IMG/VR virus record: IMGVR_UViG_3300022752_000022
Coordinates: 1 to 64,000 of that record
DNA: 64,000 bases
Source of the DNA: a virus
Reading direction: 5' to 3' (one strand)
How positions within the stretch are numbered: position 1 is the stretch's first letter; the number at the start of each line of letters is the position of its first letter. This document shows positions 58,872 through 64,000 of this stretch, piece by piece. Under the pieces are notes generated by a model. The model did no database searches, had not been told where the DNA came from, and worked only from the letters and a program-made list of their open reading frames with translations. Both the position numbers and the translations under genes were made by a program.

Positions 58872-59369
58872 ATGAAATTTTTAGAATACATAGCCGAAGC
58901 AACATCAGGCAAAAATCTACATATGGAGCACATTGAGGATAATATTCTCAATGGCGGCGTCTACGGCGCTAGGGAAGCAATCAACTTCCTACGCAAAGTC
59001 CGTGACATGCTTGCGGGCAATTCCGAATCCAAAGTCAATATCACAGTCAAATGGGATGGATGTATCCACGAAGATACAATCGTTCTCACAAATCTTGGTG
59101 ATATGACAATCAAAGAAATAGTAGAGCGATGTCAATGGGACGATAGTCTTATGGTCATGGGCAAGGAATTGGATCTACCATCAAAACCTAATCGCATGGT
59201 TCCTATTTTGGGCGGAATGTTTCAGAATGGAAATAAAAAATGGGTTGAAATTCAACTAGAAGATGGAACAAAATATAAAATGACTGAAGATCATGAGGTG
59301 CATACAGCTAATCGTGGATGGGTAAAAGCATGTGAATTGACTAAAGATGACGATATTACCGAATTATAA
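58872..59369 (+). CDS. KWDG-motif protein (DUF6267-like) N-part (63 aa) fused to split-intein N-half (102 aa, 59061-59366)
   Basis: KNLHMEHIED..ITVKWDG|CIHEDTIV is block A; KMTEDHEVHTANRGWVKACEL is block B; then a stop. Confidence 0.88.
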   Translation: MKFLEYIAEATSGKNLHMEHIEDNILNGGVYGAREAINFLRKVRDMLAGNSESKVNITVKWDGCIHEDTIVLTNLGDMTIKEIVERCQWDDSLMVMGKELDLPSKPNRMVPILGGMFQNGNKKWVEIQLEDGTKYKMTEDHEVHTANRGWVKACELTKDDDITEL

Positions 59370-59403
59370 AGTGTGATGGTAATCATCTCAAAATGTCTTC
59401 TTT

Positions 59404-59411
59404 TATAAATA
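59404..59411 (+). promoter_or_regulatory. T4-type late promoter for the endonuclease and downstream IntC gene
   Basis: TATAAATA followed by an AAGGAG RBS. Confidence 0.8.
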
Positions 59412-59430
59412 AAATAAAAAGGAGAATGCG

Positions 59431-60066
59431 ATGACTGACGAAATGAAAGAAAAGTATATTCAAAAATATAAAGAAACATATTCGGTTTCTGAAATTTTAA
59501 GAACATTCAATGATGGAATTGGAAGAAAAAAAATCATAAATCTTTTAAAGGAAGAAGGTATATACGAGGGATTAAATGGACCAAATTATCTGAAAAAGAA
59601 AGTTGAAAATAATGAAAAAATAATGATGAAAAAATATGGTGTTATTAATTGGGGACAAACAAAGGATGGCGGTTACAAAAGCCAAAATAAAATACCATAT
59701 AAAAAAATATCTTATTTAAATGAAGAATATAAAGAATACAAAAATCAAGTTGAAAAAGAAACAAAACTTAATATAAAAAATATTGATTTACCTGAATATT
59801 GTTTTTACACAGGAATACAATTTGCAGATGTTGAGGGTCCCGTTAATCCGAATGATCCAAGAAAGAGAAGTGTTGATCATAAAATTCCAGTAATTATTTG
59901 TTATTTAAATGGCTTTTCTACAAATCAAGCTAGTGATTTAACTAACTTGATTTTCGTTTTGAAATATGTCAATTCAATTAAATCAAACACTGATCACGAG
60001 TCATTTTTGAAAATAACACATAAGATTAGGGAGGTATTTGTAAATGAGGGTTATAAGAGTAAATAA
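59431..60066 (+). mobile_element. Free-standing HNH-type homing endonuclease
   Basis: C-terminal CFYTG..RSVDHKIPV..DLTNLIFVLKYVNSIKSN (H-N-N beta-beta-alpha motif); KKYGVIN segment; AT-rich; sits between two intein halves. Confidence 0.78.
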
Positions 60067-61219
60067 ATTAGAAGAAAAATATACTCAGTATGATATTAGT
60101 ACGTCATCTAATAATTTTTATGTGCAAACAAATTCCGGTAGATATGTATTGATTCATAATTCTCCAGCCATTTTTGCTGGTCAAGATCCGTCAGACGGTC
60201 AATTCTTTGTTGCAAAGAAAGGCATCTTCAACAAAAATCCAAAACTCTACAAGACGAATGCTGAGATTGATGCAGACACTTCAGGTGATTTAGCAGACAA
60301 ACTCAAAGCATGTCTTCAATACTTGCCTGAAATTGGCATCAAAGGTGTCATCCAAGGCGACTTAATGTATACTCAAAGTGATCTAAAAAATGTAACAATT
60401 GATGGTGTAAAGTATACAACATTTCATCCAAATACCATTGTTTATGCGGTGCCTTATGATAGTGACATTGGAAGAACAATCCGCAATTCAAAAATGGGCA
60501 TTGTATGGCATACTAGATATGAAGGCGATACATTAGAAAATATGAAAGCAGTCTTCGGAACTGATATACTTGCTGGTATGAAAAAGTCTAGAAATGTCTG
60601 GTTTGACAATGCAGATTATAAAGATGTTTCAGGCAAAGCGTCCATGACAAAAGAGGAGACTGCTGAAGTGACAAAGGTGCTATCACAAGCAGGAAAAGTT
60701 TTCAATGCAATTGATGGCCGATTTTTAGATTCGCTTTCAGATTATCCAGGCTTCGGTGAAGAGTTGAATACAAGAATTAAAGCATTCAATAATTCTAAAA
60801 TTAAACAGCGCCAAAAAATTACAAATGTTCATAGTCATGTAACAGAAATGCTTGACGCACTCTTAGCACATTATCAGAGTGAGTTTGATAGCAAGAAAAA
60901 GCCTGATGCAAAGAAACGTGCTGAAGTCAAAGTCAATGCTATCAAAAGTATGATAAAATCAAAATACAAAGTTCAATTTGAACATATCTTTACGCTAATG
61001 AATTTGTTAGTTGACGCTAAAGATATGCTCAGTAAGAAATTAGATGAAGTAAAGAGTGTAAACACATTTTTATTAACCAAATCTGGATATCAAGTCACTG
61101 GTGTTGAGGGTTATGTCGCAATTGACAAATTGACTGGTGGTGCCGTGAAGATTGTAGATAGACTACAGTTTAGTTATGCTAATTTTTCTCCAGATGTAAT
61201 CAAAGGATGGGAGAGATAG
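60044..61219 (+). CDS. Split-intein C-half (39 aa, 60044-60160) fused to DUF6267-like C-part (352 aa)
   Basis: GGAGGT RBS; MRVIRVNKL..QYDISTSSNNFYV..VLIHN|SPAIFAGQDP..FFVAKKGIFNK..QGDLMY..FHPNTIVY..EGYV..VKIVDRLQFS. Confidence 0.88.
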   Translation: MRVIRVNKLEEKYTQYDISTSSNNFYVQTNSGRYVLIHNSPAIFAGQDPSDGQFFVAKKGIFNKNPKLYKTNAEIDADTSGDLADKLKACLQYLPEIGIKGVIQGDLMYTQSDLKNVTIDGVKYTTFHPNTIVYAVPYDSDIGRTIRNSKMGIVWHTRYEGDTLENMKAVFGTDILAGMKKSRNVWFDNADYKDVSGKASMTKEETAEVTKVLSQAGKVFNAIDGRFLDSLSDYPGFGEELNTRIKAFNNSKIKQRQKITNVHSHVTEMLDALLAHYQSEFDSKKKPDAKKRAEVKVNAIKSMIKSKYKVQFEHIFTLMNLLVDAKDMLSKKLDEVKSVNTFLLTKSGYQVTGVEGYVAIDKLTGGAVKIVDRLQFSYANFSPDVIKGWER

Positions 61220-61220
61220 C

Positions 61221-62522
61221 ATGGCACTATTCAATAAGAACACACAGCAATATTTAAATCAATCAAAAACACTTTTTGATGTTGTCATGCTTGCCGATCA
61301 ATACGGCAATCGGATTAGCGCAGCAAATCCGACAGGCGTTGCAACTGATGCGTTTGGTAGAATGAGAGTATCGACACCATTAACGCTTTTTGATTCGTCA
61401 CATCGCTATAAAGACAATGGCCTTTGGGCGACTGCAAATACTGCAAATACAACTTATGCGTTTTCATCAAATGAAGGTTTAATTAATTTAACTTTGACGA
61501 ATGGTGCAGCAAATAATGAAATTATTCGTGAAACGACAAAAGTTATGTCCTATCAACCAGGAAAATCGTTACTGATTTTGAACACTATGGTGATGAATGA
61601 AGCGAAGGAAAATTTAAGGCAGCGTGTTGGATACTTTGGCGCAAACAACGGAATCTTTTTAGAACAATCTGGAAATACAATCAGTTTTGTTGAAAGGTCT
61701 ATTGTAACTGGTTCAGTTGTAGACACATTAGCAATTCAAACAGATTGGAATTATGATAAACTAGATGGCACTGGTCCATCTGGAGTAATTTTAGATTTAG
61801 CAAAAGCGCAAATTTTCTGGACAGATATTGAATGGTTGGGTGTTGGCGATGTTCGTTGTGGTTTTGTTATCAATGGTCAATTTATTCATTGTCATTCATT
61901 TCGCCATGCAAATCAAATAACTTCAACATATATTACGACAGCATCACTACCTTTGCGATATGAAATTAAAAATGTTGGTACAGTTTCTGGCGGTAGCACA
62001 ATGAAACAAATTTGTTCTTCGGTTGTGACTGAGGGTGGGTATGAACTCCGTGGAGCACAGCAAGCAATAGGTACAGCAATTAATGCAGCAAGAACGTTGA
62101 CTACAGCAGGAACTTTTTATCCAATTGTTTCATTAAGATTAAAATCTACAGCATTAGATGCAGTTGTGATTCTTACAGCACTCTCTACGATAGCAGATAC
62201 TTCCAGTAATTTTAATTGGCAAGTTCGTGCAAACTGTACAACAGGTGGAGGAGCATGGGTGAGTGCTGGAACAGATAGTGCTGTTGAATATAACATTACA
62301 GGAACTAGCACATCAGGCGGAAAAACATTAGCATCTGGCTATTTTACTGCAACTCAGAGCACCAGTGTGTCTGTTGATATTCTTAAAGAAGCATTATTCA
62401 AATTTCAACTAGAAAGAAATGGTTTGACTGAAACACCATATGAAATTTCTTTAGTGTTAGCATCAAAAACAGGTAATGAAGGTGTGTATGCTTCCATGGA
62501 CTGGGAAGAAATTTCTAGGTAA
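61221..62522 (+). CDS. Probable virion structural protein
   Basis: DAFGRMRVSTPLTLFDS, YQPGKS, EWLGVGDVRCGF motifs; beta-rich; in a late operon. Confidence 0.65.
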   Translation: MALFNKNTQQYLNQSKTLFDVVMLADQYGNRISAANPTGVATDAFGRMRVSTPLTLFDSSHRYKDNGLWATANTANTTYAFSSNEGLINLTLTNGAANNEIIRETTKVMSYQPGKSLLILNTMVMNEAKENLRQRVGYFGANNGIFLEQSGNTISFVERSIVTGSVVDTLAIQTDWNYDKLDGTGPSGVILDLAKAQIFWTDIEWLGVGDVRCGFVINGQFIHCHSFRHANQITSTYITTASLPLRYEIKNVGTVSGGSTMKQICSSVVTEGGYELRGAQQAIGTAINAARTLTTAGTFYPIVSLRLKSTALDAVVILTALSTIADTSSNFNWQVRANCTTGGGAWVSAGTDSAVEYNITGTSTSGGKTLASGYFTATQSTSVSVDILKEALFKFQLERNGLTETPYEISLVLASKTGNEGVYASMDWEEISR

Positions 62523-62536
62523 TAAGGAGAGATAGT

Positions 62537-63355
62537 ATGGCAGCATCAGAAGGCGTAGATTTAGAATGGGCAATTGTAGAATATTCTAGAATTAGATTAA
62601 ACAAACAAACGAAAACGACTAGAAATTATTCTTCAAAAATTGATACGCAGGCTAAAGAATGCGTAGATCATATATTTAAGAAAATGGGAAAGACGTTTGA
62701 TATATATCACTCAGACGAACAAGTGCCAGGTATAGGTTCAATCTACGCCAAACCTGAGCCTAAGACTGATATTGTAATATTTACTAAATCAAATAAATAT
62801 TTTGTATCAGTTAAAATGGAAGGTGGCATACAACTTGCATCCGGTCAGGGTGCATCAACAGCGGAACTTTTTGAGTCTGCTGCTGAATCATTAAAAAATG
62901 CAAATCAGAGAAAAGTTCTCACTTCTATAGTGAAAGAATTAAAAACTATGCCGACAAGATTACTCTCTACGAGCAATTTTGATAGAATTGTGTCTGAAGG
63001 TAATGAAAAAATCATAAAAGAATTTATAAAGAATGGTAAGATTATCCAAGATAAAAGTTACGAGTATTGGTTAGAAAATAATAAACCGCATCTTCTAGGC
63101 GCACTACTTAAATTTGTTAAAGAAAATGACGAATACTACAGCGCAATCATATACGAAGCGTTGACAGGTGAAAAAACTCTTAAAAGTTTTAAAGGCGCCG
63201 TTGCAAATTCTATTATTTCACCATCTGGATTTTATGAAATTGATGATGCATACGTTAAAAAATTGAAACCTAAGATTAAAATGGATTTACGAGCCAAATC
63301 TAGAGGTGGTATTTCAAGTATCGCATTTAGAATTGAAACCAGAGGAAGCGTTTAG
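62537..63355 (+). CDS. Putative PD-(D/E)xK-like nuclease
   Basis: SEGVDLEWAI..PEPKTDIVI..FVSVK..QLASG pattern (E..D..SxK variant). Confidence 0.5.
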   Translation: MAASEGVDLEWAIVEYSRIRLNKQTKTTRNYSSKIDTQAKECVDHIFKKMGKTFDIYHSDEQVPGIGSIYAKPEPKTDIVIFTKSNKYFVSVKMEGGIQLASGQGASTAELFESAAESLKNANQRKVLTSIVKELKTMPTRLLSTSNFDRIVSEGNEKIIKEFIKNGKIIQDKSYEYWLENNKPHLLGALLKFVKENDEYYSAIIYEALTGEKTLKSFKGAVANSIISPSGFYEIDDAYVKKLKPKIKMDLRAKSRGGISSIAFRIETRGSV

Positions 63356-63363
63356 TATAAATA
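63356..63363 (+). promoter_or_regulatory. T4-type late promoter
   Basis: TATAAATA. Confidence 0.8.
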
Positions 63364-63369
63364 AAACAT

Positions 63370-63416
63370 CAGTTAGGCTAAGGCAAACCTGAACGGATAA
63401 GTCTAAGGAAAACTCC
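63370..63416 (+). ncRNA. Candidate tandem 22-nt structured RNA leader
   Basis: CAGTTAGGCTAAGGCAAACCTG and GGATAAGTCTAAGGAAAACTCC, which differ mainly by compensatory changes. Confidence 0.55.
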
Positions 63417-63421
63417 AGAGA

Positions 63422-64000
63422 ATGAAAGATAACGTTATTATATCATTTGGTCGTATGAATCCCATGACAAATGGTCATGAGAAACTTGCAACCAAACTTC
63501 AATCAGTAGCAAAGCAGAAACACGGTGATGCTATGCTCTATCTATCACATTCCACAAATCCAAAGAAAGATCCGCTAGATTTTGACACAAAAGTCAAATT
63601 CGCTAAGAAGGCCTTTGGTCCAATGGTAAAAAACTCACCAGCGAGAACAATTTTAGAAGTTGCAAAAGAATTGACAGGTAAGTATAAGAATCTCATTGTC
63701 GTTGTAGGCAGCGACAGAGTTTCAGAATTTCAATCTTTACTCACAAAATATAACGGTAAAGATTATAAGTTTGAGAACATAGAAGTCGTATCAGCAGGAG
63801 AGCGTGATCCAGATGCAGAAGGTGTTACAGGAATGTCTGGTTCAAAAATGAGAGCGTTCGCTTCCGCTAACGATTTTGAAAAGTTTAAACAAGGTGTACC
63901 GTCCAAACTATCCGACGCTGACGCAAAAGCGTTATTTACAGCAGTGAGAAAAGGTATGAAACTAGACGAACAAGTAGACGAATCAATTGTAAGTTTCGCA
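63422..64000 (+). CDS. Cytidyltransferase-like (HIGH superfamily) nucleotidyltransferase, 3'-truncated by the window edge
   Basis: Hand translation MKDNVIISFGRMNPMTNGHEKL..VVVGSDRV..SAGERDPDAEGVTGMSGSKMR. Not in the ORF track. Confidence 0.88.
   Translation, partial: MKDNVIISFGRMNPMTNGHEKLATKLQSVAKQKHGDAMLYLSHSTNPKKDPLDFDTKVKFAKKAFGPMVKNSPARTILEVAKELTGKYKNLIVVVGSDRVSEFQSLLTKYNGKDYKFENIEVVSAGERDPDAEGVTGMSGSKMRAFASANDFEKFKQGVPSKLSDADAKALFTAVRKGMKLDEQVDESIVSFA

Noticed and set aside
63370-63416. c-di-GMP-I or guanidine-II riboswitch identity for the tandem leader
   Set aside because: Only GGCAAACC resembles c-di-GMP-I and the element is too short. The loops are TAAG, not ACGR. Kept as an unassigned motif.
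1-64000. tRNA genes or stop-codon reassignment
   Set aside because: No cloverleaf was noticed in the short intergenic gaps (by eye only), and core genes translate full-length in the standard code using TAA, TGA and TAG stops.

Overview
A 64-kb segment of a large T4-like myovirus genome, cyanophage/freshwater-type in layout and almost entirely on the + strand. Order: end of a tail-fibre cassette with gene remnants; neck, terminase, sheath, two tail tube genes and portal (gp13-gp20); a ~14-kb island of collagen, fibre and adhesin genes between gp20 and the prohead genes; gp67/68/21/22/23; gp3, uvsY, uvsW, gp55, gp47, gp46; peptide deformylase, dCMP deaminase, a methyltransferase/glycosyltransferase cluster and a CobT/CobS-like vWA+AAA pair; the replication module (gp45, dsbA, gp44, gp62, regA, hsp20, gp43, uvsX, gp41); and late genes ending in a cytidyltransferase. 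The strongest observation is two independent fractured genes within 7 kb. uvsX and a KWDG-motif ligase-like late protein are each encoded as two ORFs carrying the N- and C-halves of a split intein, separated by a free-standing HNH endonuclease with its own T4 late promoter. Other candidates: a tandem covarying 22-nt RNA motif ahead of the cytidyltransferase, a pseudoknot-containing hsp20 leader, a TGTTG-N8-CAACA palindrome before three sigma70-type promoters, and a perfect antisense sigma70 promoter just upstream of gp55. All family calls come from motif recognition by eye; no database searches were run.
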